From assembly GCA_964016885.1 (NCBI GenBank), contig OZ024744.1:125364001-125428000 (forward strand): DNA of 64,000 bases. The letters run 5' to 3'. This document shows positions 34,991 through 48,951 of this stretch, in pieces. A program made the position numbers and the translations under genes. Source of the stretch: Eledone cirrhosa. Taxonomy: Eukaryota. Within the stretch, counting starts at the first letter, position 1. Every line of letters starts with the position of its first letter. The notes under the pieces were generated by a model. The model was given only the letters and a program-made list of their open reading frames with translations. It searched no databases and was not told where the DNA came from.

Positions 34991-35994
34991 CTGGAGATTT
35001 TTTAACACAAAGTCACACAAGGATTAGAAAAATGGCGATAATCACTTTGAAAGTAACAATTATGCAATAAATAGTTGTTATTGCCACGTCTCGTATCCTC
35101 CTTTGGCAATGTGTAAAATGTTAGCGAGATCGAGTGAACAATACACAAGTTATAATACTTTACAGACGGGACTTATATAGTAGATGTAGCAAAATGCGTA
35201 GATTACGATTCTTGAGACGAGATTAAAATATACGATTAGGGGATACTTTAAGAAGACGAGTAGATGTTTGAGTAGATTTAGCTGCTTTTTCTAGCATTTT
35301 TAGTTATACTTTGAAGCACATTTTTTTTGTTACTATTATATTAAAAGTTATCTGGTTACGTTATTTGACTGGTATTTCTAGCATTTTACAAGGACCACGT
35401 GTGTGTTTTATTTAAGGAAGATCTAGTTGTTATTTCTGATATTTTCTTCATCAAGTTAGTTGCTATTTCCTGCATCCTCTTGAAGACAAGAAATAATAAT
35501 GAATTAGCTGCTGTTTCTAGTAGGTTCTATGGTAGTGATGAGCGTGGGAGGGGGGTTTGACTGCTATTTTTAGCAGGTTCTAAGGCATTGAGGTTTATGT
35601 TTTACGAGAGATTTGGCTGTTATTTCTAACATGTTATAATGGAGAGAGAGAGAGAGAGAGTATAAGATATACAGAGAGAGGGAGTATAAGATATAGAGAG
35701 AGGGGAAACGGCCGATGTTTACGTTGAGAAAACCTAATAAAATGTTATAAATGGGTTTATAAAGAATAGAATGAGATAAACAAGACAAAGTTAGATAAAA
35801 TAAATCAGCTGTAAGGATATTATACGATATATTTATAATATTTTAATATATTTTTCCTGGTCGTCTGCTGCCATTGATAGAGAGAGGAGTGGTGGGAGGT
35901 AGCCATAACAACCGTGGTAGCAGCACTGAGGTTTGTTTTTAAAGAAGTGAATACAAGAAAAACAAGCAACTAAGAATATTAATCTCTTAAACCC

Positions 35995-36600
35995 TTCAAG
36001 ATGTGTATGACAAGAAAGAAGACGTTTTAGAGTCGTATGACATAGATGATAACTGGAAATTCTTACGTGACAACTTACTGCAGGCTACTGAAGAAACTTG
36101 TGGCTGGAGCAGAGCTCCGACCAGACAGAGAGTGACCTGGTGGTGGGACAACACGGTAGATAAGGCCATTAGAGACAAAAGACTAGCATGGAACACTTGA
36201 AAAAATGGTGGGAGTAGAGACCGATACACAGCTGCTAAGAGAGAAGCTAGACGTCAGATGTACTTAGCACGCACGGAGGCTGAGAGTAGGAGGTTTGCCA
36301 ATGTTCTGTGATGGGAAGATCAGAGGCGTGCGGTGTTCCACATTGCAAGGCATGGTGTCAGTGTAAATCAGGATGTTGTTGGAGATAAGTGTATCCGGAA
36401 TGATGCCAGTGTACTTGGTGTCACGAATGATCAAAAAAAGGAGGCCTGGAAATATCATTATGAGAGGCTGATGAATTGTGGAGAATGAATGGGAGAGAGG
36501 GAAACTATCCCCAGTAGACTCAACAGAGGGACCAGCTATTGAGATTGGGGAATATAGGGTACAAGAGGCAATTAAGGAAATGAAGAATGGCAAGGCTACA
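35995..36600 (+). mobile_element. Degenerate RTE LINE ORF2 fragment
   Basis: NWKFLRDNLLQATEETCG...TWWWDNTVDKAIRDKR...VQEAIKEMKNGKA corresponds to the RTE EN-RT linker. Confidence 0.75.
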
Positions 36601-37129
36601 TTTAACCCTTTAGCATTTAAACCAGCCATACCTAGCCAGAATACTCTCACATCTTTCTGTTCAAACCAGCCATAACTGGCCACTCATACTGACGTTAAGG
36701 TATTGTTCTCAATATAAATAATATCAAAATCTCATAGATTCGATATTATATGAGATAATTATGTAAGATAAAGCCTTTACCACAAAAATACAATAGTATA
36801 TATAGAGTAATAAAAATGCTAAAGGGTAAAAGTAGCTTATTATTTTGTGAGCTCTTGCTACTTATTGCTCTTGTGCATCAAGAACATACACAGCTTACAT
36901 TTTGTTGCTAATCTCACTGAGATCCAACTACATCTCTTGTTTATCCATAGTTTGGAATTTCTACCTACTCCTTTCCTTTAGAATGATCAAGGCCATTTTC
37001 TTGTGGGGATCTAGGCCCTGTTTTCCTTTCTATTTTGCCAAGTTATCTTACATCACTTTCATTCTAGACCATGCTTCCAGGTTTGGAATTTCTCCTCTAA
37101 TTTTACCACAGATTAAGTGACAAGGGTTC

Positions 37130-38640
37130 AATCATGTGCATACAGGAGTTCCCATGGACAGCCAGTAATATGTAATAGCCTGCAGGATGATAATAAACAG
37201 AAGAGGGTTAATTACAGAGCCCTGATAGAGGGTTAATAACAGAGCCCTGATAGACTTGTTCACTCAACTCCTCACTATAGCCATCATTACTTTTAACCTT
37301 ACTGACTGCTCCTCCATACATGGCTTTTACTGCTCTCACAAGCCACTCATATACCCCTAGTTTTCTAAGTTATACACCAGATTAGGGAAGGGGGAAGTCT
37401 CACAGAAGCTCTCTCTGGGTCAACAAATGCCAAGTAGAGGGGCTTATTTTAGCTAGGTACTACTCTTGCAGTTGCCACACAAGGAAGAGGACATCAGTGG
37501 TACTTTTACCTGGCACAAATCCAAACTTCATCTCATCTAGGTTAACTTGGTCCCTAATCAGCTGTGTTATAAATCTAACACCTTCATGAAGTGGTCCATC
37601 TAATATCTCTATAGTTTTCTAGCTCTAGTACATCTCCTTTGCCCTTGTAGCAGTTGATGATGATGATACTACACCATTTATTTGGTATGACACCATTTTG
37701 TATTACATGCTGTACGATACCAGTGGTTAAGATGTGACCCACCATCCCAGATACTTTCAGTATCTCAGCAACTATCACCAATGGACAAGATACTTTCTCT
37801 GTCTTCATATCCTTAATTACCTTACTTCATATCCTTAATTACCTTACTGCTTACTTGTATGGCTGGACCCTCTGTTGGGCCCACTTTCCGTAGACTATCT
37901 TCCTCCCATGCATTCTCCTCATTCAGTAATCTTTCATAAAGGCATTTCCATGTTACAAAGGTTGGCTGAAAAGTTCATAGACTATCAATGATAGCATGAT
38001 GCTAGAGCTGTGAAATCTTGCCTGCATTAATTTCAACTCTTCTTATTAATAACTGCATTGTTTCCTTCCAGGGACTATGTTGAAAAATAAACCTCATTTG
38101 GTCATTCCATGAGTGTATCTTGGTCTGCCTATGAACTTTTCAGCTGACCCTATTCAGCATCAGTGAGCCCAAATGCCCCATTATCATCCTGGACACACTT
38201 TACCCCAACATCACAATTTGCCCTCACACACTGCCTCACAATCCTGAACATCTCATGTATTTCATCCTCACATCATAAAACCAACTGAAATTATATATTC
38301 TCTGCTTCCCTCCTTGCAAAGAATACTTCTTGCCTAGCTTCCTGTAGTGTACCCTCCAGCTGCCTCCATTCTGCCATTATTCCATGCCTGTCTCTTGGCC
38401 TTAACTGTCTCATCTACCCTAGTGTTTCACCACCAAGATACTCTCCTCTCTGAAGCCCTGCTCCAGCCACAGATCTAGTTTGACACCTTCAGCAAAGGTT
38501 CTTTAAGGAACTCCCACTGTTCCCCTATATTGTATGTTTCTATTTGTTCTTCCTTACTGTTGTAAAGATCAAACAAAATATCTCTAAATTTGGAACTGGC
38601 TGAGGGGTCCTTTAACTTCCATATCCTTCTCCTCCAAGTT
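37130..38640 (-). mobile_element. Degenerate RTE LINE ORF2 fragment
   Basis: VAEILK...GVIPNKWCSIIIINCYKGKGDVLELENYRDI corresponds to RT domain 0/1. Many disruptions. Confidence 0.75.
37954..38154. mobile_element. Mariner-type MITE inserted in the RTE remnant
   Basis: Inverted termini ggttggctgaaaagttcatag ... ctatgaacttttcagctgacc about 190 bp apart. Confidence 0.65.
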
Positions 38641-38864
38641 GCCCTCAGTCTTCAAGTTCATCTAAGTCTATGAAATCACTAACTACTGGGTTATGTTGGG
38701 AGGTGCATTCTTCCCCAGGGGGTGGGGATTGTGTGTTTACAAATGTCAATATCTCATCTTCTGGTGAGGATAAAAATCTGACTGGCATGCTCCTCTGACC
38801 AATAGGTGTTGAAGTGGTTGTCGGGTAAACGTTAAGACCCTCTGATATACATATATATATATAT

Positions 38865-38900
38865 ACTAGCAGTGGTACCCGGCGTTGCACGGGATAACGT
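38865..38900 (+). mobile_element. Possible non-autonomous Helitron/Helentron-like terminus
   Basis: actagcagtggtacccggcgttgcacggg: an ACTAG end with a nearby cccg..cggg hairpin after a (TA)n tract. Confidence 0.4.
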
Positions 38901-39199
38901 ATTTCGGAACGCGGGCCGCCATCTTCCACTTCAGCCGGTCGCCCTAAAGTGTTGGCTATTCAGTCTACTTGAGGCCAGTTGGTGAGGGGGGGTAAAGCTT
39001 TCAGTGTGCTACTACCCTCACGGTCAAATAGAAAGGGAGAGGAAGAAAAGTCAGCGTTAATATCGTGCTACACGTTTGAAAGGTTGGATGACCTTAGAGT
39101 TCACCAGGGTGGGGGGTTCTAAAAGTATCTATCTTGGTATTTTATCTTAGAAGTAATCATTACAGAGTGTACTGGGTGTATTTTAGTGGGCAGTAATTC

Positions 39200-40033
39200 C
39201 ATAAAGAACACAGTATAATCTGTGGACACAAGCCTTGCAGTGTGATTACAGGCAGGTTAATGGGAAAGATAGATTATATATGTGACATGATGTACATGAG
39301 AAGTGAGGACACAGACCACACATGAAATAGATTCCTACAACTGTCAGGGAGGCTCCCTAGAATTACAGATGACATATTTCAATATCTCGGTGATCAAGTT
39401 AGCAGTGGAGGAAGAATCTCTAAAAGTGTAATACCCAGGATAAGGACAGGCTGGAAGAAGTTTAGAGTACTGTTCCATCTGTTGACAACAAAGGGCTTCT
39501 CTCTCAGAATGGAGGCTAGACTGCTTGATACTTATGTGTGGTCTGCAATCTACACCCCAGCCATGCCCCTTCCACTACCACTCCTTAGCTATTTCTCTCC
39601 ATTAATACTCCTCACATTTCAAGCAGTTTTCTCATCTCAATGAAAGAAAAATATTGGGCTCAAGAGAAGTCTTCAGTTATGCCATGGTGTGGCAACCTCC
39701 CTAGGGTTGGGCAGAGTGTAAATGAGAGTGAAATTAGGTATGAGAGGGATCATATGCAGTATACAAGAGAGTAGATTACATTGGTATGGTCATGTGATGG
39801 GTATAAAGGATGACAGCTGTATAAAAATGTGCTGGGCAATCAAAGTTGATGGAAGTTATGAAGGCGGAAGACCCAGGATGACCTGGGATGAGGTGATAAA
39901 AGATGACTTTGCACAATTGCAACTCTCAAAGACAATGACACAGGATAGAGATCTTGAGATGTATGCAGCAATACAGAAGGCCTGCTTTCCAATGTGCACG
40001 GACTCAAACATACATCTAGTAGGCCCCTCCTAA
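39200..40033 (+). mobile_element. Degenerate RTE LINE 3' portion
   Basis: FQYLGDQVSSGG...RIRTGWKKFR and RLHWYGHVM...GRPRMTW motifs. Confidence 0.75.
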
Positions 40034-40884
40034 CCACTATACTCCTTTCCAAACTCCCACACTCCCACTTCTGTACACACCACCTTTAGACTGTAAAGTG
40101 GTAGTGTACAAGTCACAACAAAAGCACCCAGTCCACTCTGTAAAGTTGATGTGTTGGTGTCATAACAAAAGGCACTCAGTCCACTCTGTAAAGAGGTTGT
40201 GTAAGTGTCACAACAAAGACATCTAGTCCACACTGTAAAGTGGTCATGTAGGTGTCACAACAAAAAGTACCAGTCATTATTGTAAAGTGGTTGTATAGGT
40301 GTCATAACAAAAAGCACCCAGTCGACACTGTAAAGTGGTTGTGTAGGTGTCAGAACCAAAAGCACCCAGTCCACCCTGTAAAGTGGTTGTGTAGGTGTCA
40401 TGATAAAAAGCACCCAGTCCACACAGTAAAGTGGTCATGTAGGTGTCACTAAAAAAGCACCCAGTCTACTCTGTAAAGTGGTCATGTAGGTGTCATGACA
40501 AATAGCACCCAGTCCACCCTGTAAAGTGTTCATGTAGGTGTCATGATGGAGAGTAACCAGTCCACAATGTAAAGTAGCCATGTAGCTGTCACAACAAAGC
40601 ACCCAGTCCACACTGTAAAGTGGTCATGTAGGTGTCATTTCAAAAAGCACCCAGGTCCATGGCTTGGCCTGCTAACCGACGCTATACCCAAGTCGGTCGC
40701 CATGCTTTCCAGCATAGAGTTACGTCTCTTTATGGTCTGAGTTCAAATCACGCCGAGGTTAACTTTGCCTTTCATCCTTACGGGGTCGATAAAATAAAGC
40801 ACCAGTAATGTACTGGGGTCGATTTAATCGACTTTCCCCTCCTCTGCCAAATGACACACACATGCATGGTTCGGGGGAACCTAC

Positions 40885-40932
<48 letters not shown>

Positions 40933-41811
40933 GTAGGTCACTGGTTGAGTCGGTATTAACCACAGTAACTAAGGTACTCAATACATATTAGATATAGGTG
41001 TCTTTCTAATTGCTGGCCTTGTTCATAAGGTATACACAAGTATGATGTGTGTCTGTTTAACTGTACGTGTGAAAACATCGCGAAATTGCGCCTTTTAATA
41101 TTTGAATATAAACAGTTAAAAAATAATTATTTTAGTAATTTTTAAATATCGATAATGTGTATATAAATATTAGAAATCAATTTAATTAGTTCAGTAACAT
41201 TACTCGGAGTTAAGATAAACCTTCATTTGAAGAAATTCGAGATTTGACCAAATAAATAGATTATGTGATCAATAAAAAAAATATGTATACGCGCTTGAAC
41301 GACGGGTTGCAGACAGTCAGGCATACAGACACATATTTTAAAGCGTGCGACGTTAAAAGTCTTACTCTCTCTCTTTTTAGATAGATAGACTTAATTAAAG
41401 CAGTTTCACTCTCTCTATATTTCATCAGCTCCCTCTCTCTTAAATTGAAAGATTCATTAAGGCTGAAATAATCTAAACAGTAACATCATTTTTCGCCAGC
41501 TCTAGCTTGCGTCCAGAGATATACACACACATATATATATATTTTTTTTGTTATCGAGTTGAGCTTTGCCAAGCATAGAATTCCAAATTTGACCATCTCC
41601 ACTGAAAATGTTCGTGAAATAGTCTTTAAGAAGCAATTTAATTTTTTCCAACTGAAACTGTAAGTATTTTAAAATTTATTTCAACATGGTCTTAAAAGAT
41701 TGTTGGCTTTTTTTAAATTCATAACTATTTACTATGAAATATAAATTATTAAATCCAATTTATTTGATAACCATGATTTGATTTTATAATTACCTGAATC
41801 ACGTTAACATG

Positions 41812-41852
<41 letters not shown>

Positions 41853-42105
41853 GTGTGTGTATATATATATATATATAATAATTGTTTCTACGTTACGCAG
41901 TGTATTACTGGTACTGTATTTTACGATATTAAATATTAAATATTAACTATTAGATATTAAATATTAAATATTAGATATTAGATATTAAATATTAAATATG
42001 ATATCCCTGAAATATATATAATGAAATAAATATGGTTTTATAAATGTAATTTCCATTTGTTTAATATCAAATATATATATATATATATATATGTATTTAT
42101 GTATA

Positions 42106-42199
<94 letters not shown>

Positions 42200-42426
42200 G
42201 CAGACACAGACACAGAATATCGTATATATCACACACACACAATTAAGACTTGACGTGTTGCAGACAGCCAGACATACAGAGAGATATTTTAAAGCGTGCG
42301 ACCTTACATGCCTTACTCTTTCTCTTATCAAAAGAGAAAGAGTAATGCTAACACTTACGTCTACTTCACGCTCTCTTGAACCGTTACAGAAATTGCATCA
42401 CATCTAATTATAACTTTGTACGTTTG

Positions 42427-42460
<34 letters not shown>

Positions 42461-42463
42461 TAC

Positions 42464-42559
<96 letters not shown>

Positions 42560-42592
42560 GTGTGTGTGTGTATATATATACACACACACGTG

Positions 42593-42654
<62 letters not shown>

Positions 42655-42705
42655 AATACACACACACGTGTGTGTGTATATATATATATATATACACACA
42701 CACAC

Positions 42706-42788
<83 letters not shown>

Positions 42789-42878
42789 CACACACACGTG
42801 TGTGTGTATATATATATATACACACACACACGTGTGTGTGTATATATTTATATATATATATATACACACGTGTGTGTG

Positions 42879-42923
<45 letters not shown>

Positions 42924-42927
42924 GTGA

Positions 42928-42958
<31 letters not shown>

Positions 42959-43054
42959 CACGTGTGTGTGTGTATATATATATATATACACACACACGTG
43001 TGTATATATATATATATACATATATATATATACACACACACGTGTGTGTGTATA

Positions 43055-46000
43055 TAATAATAATAATAATAATGAAATGATTGTGTACAGTGCTCAGGTG
43101 CACTACAACTCATCAAAGGTGCATGTATAGTACATAGAATAATGTACAAACATCAGTAAAATGAACAGTGCACACATGTGTGCATGTGTATGGAAGGGGC
43201 ACATCAGGTGTAGTTTTGGCGTATTTCGGGAAGCATGAGTGTCTTAAAGGATGCAGTGTCTCGGCAGCTAACAATTGACGCAGGCAGTTTGTTCCATGTT
43301 TCAGCAACTCTGAGCGTGAAAAAATGTCTGCGAAAGTCATGGGAGCTGTGCTGTTTTCTTATCTTGTAGGCATGTCCACGTGTGTTAGACACATGGAGAT
43401 CAAAGAGGCGCTCAGGGTTGCAGTTGGCGAGATGGTTAAAAACTTTGTGGGTATTCACCAAGTCCACTGCCAGATGTCGGAGCTTCAATGAATCCATGCC
43501 CAGGGAAGCAAGGCGTTCAGAGTATGGTAGGTGTCTGATGGAGGGTATGCGCTTGGTTGCACGTCTCTGAACAGCTTCCAGGAGGTCAATGTTCCGAGCA
43601 AGATAGGGGTTCCAGACTGATGATGCGAATTCCAAGTGTGGTCGCACCATAGCTGTATACAGTTTTAAATAGATGGCTGGAGAGCGGCTAACAAAGGTCT
43701 TGCTGAGTGATGCCAAGACACCCTCGGCCTTCTTGACAATCTTAGAGACATGCTTTGTCCAACGCAATTCGTTGCCGACAGTAATGCCCAGGTCACGTTC
43801 ACAAGAGGACTTTTTGATGTCAGTGTTGTGGAGGGAGTATGTGGACGCTGGATTTTTCCTTCCAAAATGCATGGTAGTACACTTGTCCACAGCCAGCTTC
43901 AGTTGCCAGTCTGTGATCCATTGCTGCATTGTGTCCAGGTCTGATTTTAGGAAAGAGTTGTAAATTTCAGGATCAGTCCTTTTGATTTCAAGGTACAGCT
44001 TGATGTCATCTGCATATTTTAGTACCGTGGCATTCTGTAAGTTGGCATCTATGTCATTAATATATGCCACAAACAAAAGAGGACCAAGAACAGATCCCTG
44101 TGGTACACCAGATGACATCTCATATGGTGAAGAATGCTGTCCTAGAACCGTGACTACTTTCCTTCGGCTGAGAATGAAGGATTTCAGCCAGTCGAAAAGA
44201 TCATCCCTCACACCCATTGCAGAGAGTTTTGCCATAAGTCTTTTGTGTGGCACAGAATTAAAAGCCTTAGCAAAGTCAAGGTAAACAACATCCACCCATG
44301 AGCCGCTGTCAGTGATCCGGGTGATGTCCTCAAGGAACTCGATAAGCTGATCACAGCAGCTGGAGTTAGGGATAAATCCAAACTGTGAGGGCCGGATGAG
44401 GCTGTGAGAGCTCCAGAAGTTCCAAAGTGTTTCTCTGACACAGGATTCCATCAGTTTGGCCATACAGCTAGTAAGACTGACTGGACGATAGTTGACAGGT
44501 GACATGCGGTTGCCCTTTTTGAACAGGGGAATGACACTGGCAGTTTTCCACTGCTCCGGAGTAGCACCATTGCTGAGACAGTATTGAAAGAAAAAAGAAA
44601 GCTGGCGCAAAAGGAAATCCCCGCCACGTTTGAGAAGCAGGTATGTCACACCATCAAGACCAGGGGAGGCATAGTTGCGCTTATTCTTAAGGTGACGTCG
44701 CAACATTGCAGGTGTAAATTCCATAGTTGTTATGGAATTTGATGTTAGAGATGGTGGAGATGGTACATTCTGGTTTTCAACAGTAAAAATACTTGCATAG
44801 CACTCAGCAATGAGTTCTGCGCATTCCTTGGGATCGTCAGTGATCTGGCTTGTGTGGGGATTGCGAAGAGGACCAACTGGAGAGTGAGGTCTCTGCTTTG
44901 AATGAACATATTTCCAGAACACCTTACTGTCAGGATTGGTTGCGATGCACTGTTCAAATTCAAGCACTGCCTTCTTTGTCACTTGCTTGAGATGGTTAGA
45001 AGATTTATTCCGCTTTTTTCTGTTGGCATCTGATCTATGCAGTTTATATTCCCGTTCAGCGTTCCGACGTTCTTTCCTGGCAAGTCGGACTGCTGAAGTT
45101 TCCCAGATTGCACTTTTGGGGTGGTTATTTTTCCGCTTCCGTGGCACTGATGCTGCACACGCTATCCATATTGAGTCCAGGATGCTCTGGAGTATAGAGT
45201 TCACATCTCCAGAGTTATACATCTCATGCCAGTTTGGGCGCTGTAGCTCAGTGCAGTACAAGTTCCAATCCGCCCTCTTCCAATCAAAGCAAGCAGATTG
45301 GAGATGGCTCTGGTTTTTGTTGCTGCCCTCAAGTGCCAGATTGGCAATGATCATAGCATGATCAGAGTCGCCTAGAGGTTCCTCAGTAGTACAACTGATA
45401 ACCACTTCAGGAGTAGTGGTGAAGATCAGGTCCAAAGTGTTGTCACCTCTTGTTGGAGAGGTGACTACTTGTGACCAGTTTGAGTCCAGCACTAGTTCAA
45501 GGAAATCGTTTGCACCCTGTGGCCAACGAAAGGTTTCCCAATCGATCTCAGGATGATTGAAGTCACCTGCAATAAACACATAAGTGGCTGTTTTCTTGGC
45601 AGCAACTCTGAGGATATCGCAAAGCTGTGTGTCCTGATGGTAGTTTGGGGGGCGATAAACAACACCAAGCAGAAGTGTTGACATGGTCATACGTATGTCA
45701 CAGAAAAAAACTTCTTCCTGTGATTCGTTCAAATCAACGCAAGGAATTACCGAAAAGTTTGAACGAACGTAGACCATCACACCACCACCACGGCGGTTAA
45801 TGCGGTCCTTGCGGAAAAGGTTGTACCCAGTAATGGTGAAAACCCCATCACAGAGTAAGGAATGTGCCCATGTTTCCGTGACTGTGATGAAGTCAGGGTC
45901 GATGCTTCTGACGTAGGATTCGAACAGATGTATCTTGTTGCATAAACTGCGAGCATTTAAGGACAACAATTTGTACCCTGCTCGCAGTCTATGATGGTGT

Positions 46001-46180
46001 GTAGAGGGTGGCAGGTTGTTCTGGTTTAGTTTCCCAGAGTTGTAGCAGTTTTTACATTGCCAGTTATTGTGGGTAGATCACACTCAGACCAGCTGGTATC
46101 TCTCTTCCACGTTTCACCCGCCTTGACAAACCTCCAGATCTGCCCATCATCACGCAGACTGAAACTTTCATCTTGTGCTG
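43055..46180 (-). mobile_element. 5'-truncated CR1-clade LINE private to copy B, with an (ATT)n 3' tail
   Basis: Absent from the equivalent microsatellite of copy A (2540-2795). The minus-strand tail reads catttc(att)n at 43055-43078. It carries an ORF1 tail and a complete ORF2. Confidence 0.9.
43204..45969 (-). CDS. CR1-type ORF2 (APE endonuclease + RT), open for 921 codons or more, no ATG at the start
   Basis: LNARSL, VTETW, GGGV, YRPP, AGDFN, LDL and SDH (APE); SPGLDG, NYRPVSLTS, QFGF, YLDFAKAFNSV, SGVPQGSVLGPLLF and YADD (RT); ERDLG, RPHLE, VQRRATK, TRGH and WNKLP (CR1 C-terminus). Confidence 0.93.
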   Translation of the reverse strand: MLSLNARSLCNKIHLFESYVRSIDPDFITVTETWAHSLLCDGVFTITGYNLFRKDRINRRGGGVMVYVRSNFSVIPCVDLNESQEEVFFCDIRMTMSTLLLGVVYRPPNYHQDTQLCDILRVAAKKTATYVFIAGDFNHPEIDWETFRWPQGANDFLELVLDSNWSQVVTSPTRGDNTLDLIFTTTPEVVISCTTEEPLGDSDHAMIIANLALEGSNKNQSHLQSACFDWKRADWNLYCTELQRPNWHEMYNSGDVNSILQSILDSIWIACAASVPRKRKNNHPKSAIWETSAVRLARKERRNAEREYKLHRSDANRKKRNKSSNHLKQVTKKAVLEFEQCIATNPDSKVFWKYVHSKQRPHSPVGPLRNPHTSQITDDPKECAELIAECYASIFTVENQNVPSPPSLTSNSITTMEFTPAMLRRHLKNKRNYASPGLDGVTYLLLKRGGDFLLRQLSFFFQYCLSNGATPEQWKTASVIPLFKKGNRMSPVNYRPVSLTSCMAKLMESCVRETLWNFWSSHSLIRPSQFGFIPNSSCCDQLIEFLEDITRITDSGSWVDVVYLDFAKAFNSVPHKRLMAKLSAMGVRDDLFDWLKSFILSRRKVVTVLGQHSSPYEMSSGVPQGSVLGPLLFVAYINDIDANLQNATVLKYADDIKLYLEIKRTDPEIYNSFLKSDLDTMQQWITDWQLKLAVDKCTTMHFGRKNPASTYSLHNTDIKKSSCERDLGITVGNELRWTKHVSKIVKKAEGVLASLSKTFVSRSPAIYLKLYTAMVRPHLEFASSVWNPYLARNIDLLEAVQRRATKRIPSIRHLPYSERLASLGMDSLKLRHLAVDLVNTHKVFNHLANCNPERLFDLHVSNTRGHAYKIRKQHSSHDFRRHFFTLRVAETWNKLPASIVSCRDTASFKTLMLPEIRQNYT

Positions 46181-46243
46181 TATATATATATATATACACA
46201 CGTGTGTGTGTATTTATGTATATATATATATATACACACACAC

Positions 46244-46285
<42 letters not shown>

Positions 46286-46402
46286 GTGTGTGTGTGTATA
46301 TATATTTATATATATATACACACACGTGTGTGTATATATATATATATATATATACACGTGTGTGTGTATTTATATATATATATATATACACACACACGTG
46401 TG

Positions 46403-46433
<31 letters not shown>

Positions 46434-46821
46434 GTGTGTGTATATATATATATCTGTCTCTCTCCCTGTCTCTCACTCTCCCTCTATCCCCCCTCTCTCT
46501 CTCTGTCTCTCTCTCCCCCCCCCTCTCTCTCTCTAGTAGTAGAGAGAGACAAAGAGAGAGAGATATAAACGTATAACCCTAACCAAACCCTAACCCAACC
46601 CTAACCCCAACCCTAACCCTAACCTAACCCTAACCCATCTCTCTCTCTCTCTCACCCCCTCTCTCTCTCTCTAGTAGTAGAGAGAGAGACAAAGAGAGAG
46701 AGAGATATAAACGTATAACCCTAACCCAACCCTAACCTCTCTCTCTCTTCTCTCTCTCTCTCTCCCCTCTCTCTCTCTATTCCCCCCTCTCTATTTCCCC
46801 CCCCCCTCTCTCTCTAGTAGT

Positions 46822-46852
<31 letters not shown>

Positions 46853-48910
46853 TATAAACGTATAACCCTAACCCAACCCTAACCCTAACCCAACCCCAAC
46901 CCTAACCCATCTCTCTCTCTCTCTCTCTCTCTCTCTTTGTTTTTAACATTGTTTTGTTTTTCTTTTCTTTTCTTATTCAGATGACAAACGGCAGAGGATA
47001 CAACAGAAGAAAAGAACAAAGATAATTATTATTATTATTACTATTATTATTTGTTTTATTATAATCAAAATATGCTGTTAGTTAGATCTGCATTGCGTAC
47101 ATTTTATATAATTTATGCCAGTTCCTTTTCTGCATATCGAACATGGCCATTTCCCTGACGGAATAGAGTTTTGTCCTCTTTCGTGACACAAAGTACAGCC
47201 AGCGGCATCATTGCGGACAGACTTAATCCCGAATTGCACTGACACACTGCCTCGCAATACGGAACACCGCACGTCTTTGATCTTCTTCCCGTCGATCAGC
47301 CTCCTTGCCATGCTAAGTACACCTGACGTCTAGCTTCTCTCTTAGCGGCGGCTTTATATTCTTCTCTACTCCCACTAATTTTCCAAGCATTCCATGCTAG
47401 CCTTTAGTCTCCAATGGCCCGATCTACCGTGCTGTCCCACCACCATGTCACTCTCTGTCTGGTTGGAACTCTGATCCAGCCACAAGTTTAATCAGTAGCC
47501 TGCAATAAGTTGTCACATAAGAAAATCGAGTTCTCATGTATGTCATACGACTGTGAATCGTCTTCTTTTTCGTCATACACATATTGAAGGGCTTTCCTAA
47601 ATTTCTATTTTAGTGAAATCTCTTTTAGCTTCCAGACCTTTCTTTTTTCCACATCTTCCTGTATGTCTCAATCATACCTGGAGCTGTCCAACATGACCAT
47701 TGAAATCCCCTGCTAGCATAACGATGTCTCCGTCCTGTCATTGTGGCTGTTTGTAAAAATTGCTTGTAAATGAAGTCTTTCTTTTCTTTACCTAGCAGAA
47801 GCAATTAACACTAACCCAACTGTAACACTAACCCTAACACTAACTTATGCAGGCCTAGGTAAAGACAAGAAAGATAAAACAAGGAGTGATGCTTCTTGAA
47901 TTTTGTGATGCAAGTGTTTTAACCATTTGCAAAACCAACTTCCACAAACCTGCCTCACTGCCGCCTAATAACCTACAAATCAGGCAAGCACAGAAGCCGG
48001 ATTTCTCGGTAGTTAGGCAGCGAGACAGACAGATGGGGTGTGAAGTACCAGGGTGTGCCCCGGGGAGGAATGTTTCCCACAGCGTGGGTTGGTTGTTGGT
48101 GATGTCTCGGTTATCTTGAGACGGAGTGAGACGTGCAGGAATACTCTCACGGAATCGCCAAATGAGGTTTATTTTTCAACATAGTCCCTGGAATGAAACA
48201 ATGTGGTTATTAAGAAGAATTGAAATTAATGTAAGATTTCACAGATCTATGATCAATCCTTCACAGTCAGCTTACAAAGTTTTCAGCCAAACCTTGTGTA
48301 TTTCCAACATTTCAAACCCTATCTAGGACTACATTATCTAATGTACAGTACAGTAGTTAGTATTAGTGGCTATCAGACATAGTGTATCTAAATGCAACAT
48401 TTTTAACATTGTTTTTTTTTTCTTTTCTTTTCTTTTCTTATTCAGATGACAGACGGCAGAGGATACAATAGAAGAAAAGAACAATGATAATTATTATTAT
48501 TATTATTGTTGTTATTCCTTGAATCTCAGTCATTGATGTTGGTTAACTGGAAAGTCCGTTGGAATGAATATCAAGCCACTACCTGCAGCCTCAGATATTC
48601 AGGACGTATCGGAGGGTTCTTGCTGTTCCAAGCAAGCATGCCTTTTGAAGCGTTCCAAAAAGCGTGAAGGGGCCGATTTTCTTTAACCATCCCTGGAAAC
48701 TTTTGGAGATGGACAAAAAACTGGAACACAATAGACCTGACCTGGTGGTTGTGGACAAAGAAAAAAGATCGTGTCTGATTGTGGATGTGGCCTGCCCGTT
48801 CAACACGAGAGTGCAAGAGAAGGAGAGGGAGAAAATTAACCGATACCAGGACCTAAAGTGGGAGGTGAAAAGGATTTGGAACTGCCATGAAGTCAAAGTG
48901 ATCCCGATTG

Positions 48911-48951
<41 letters not shown>

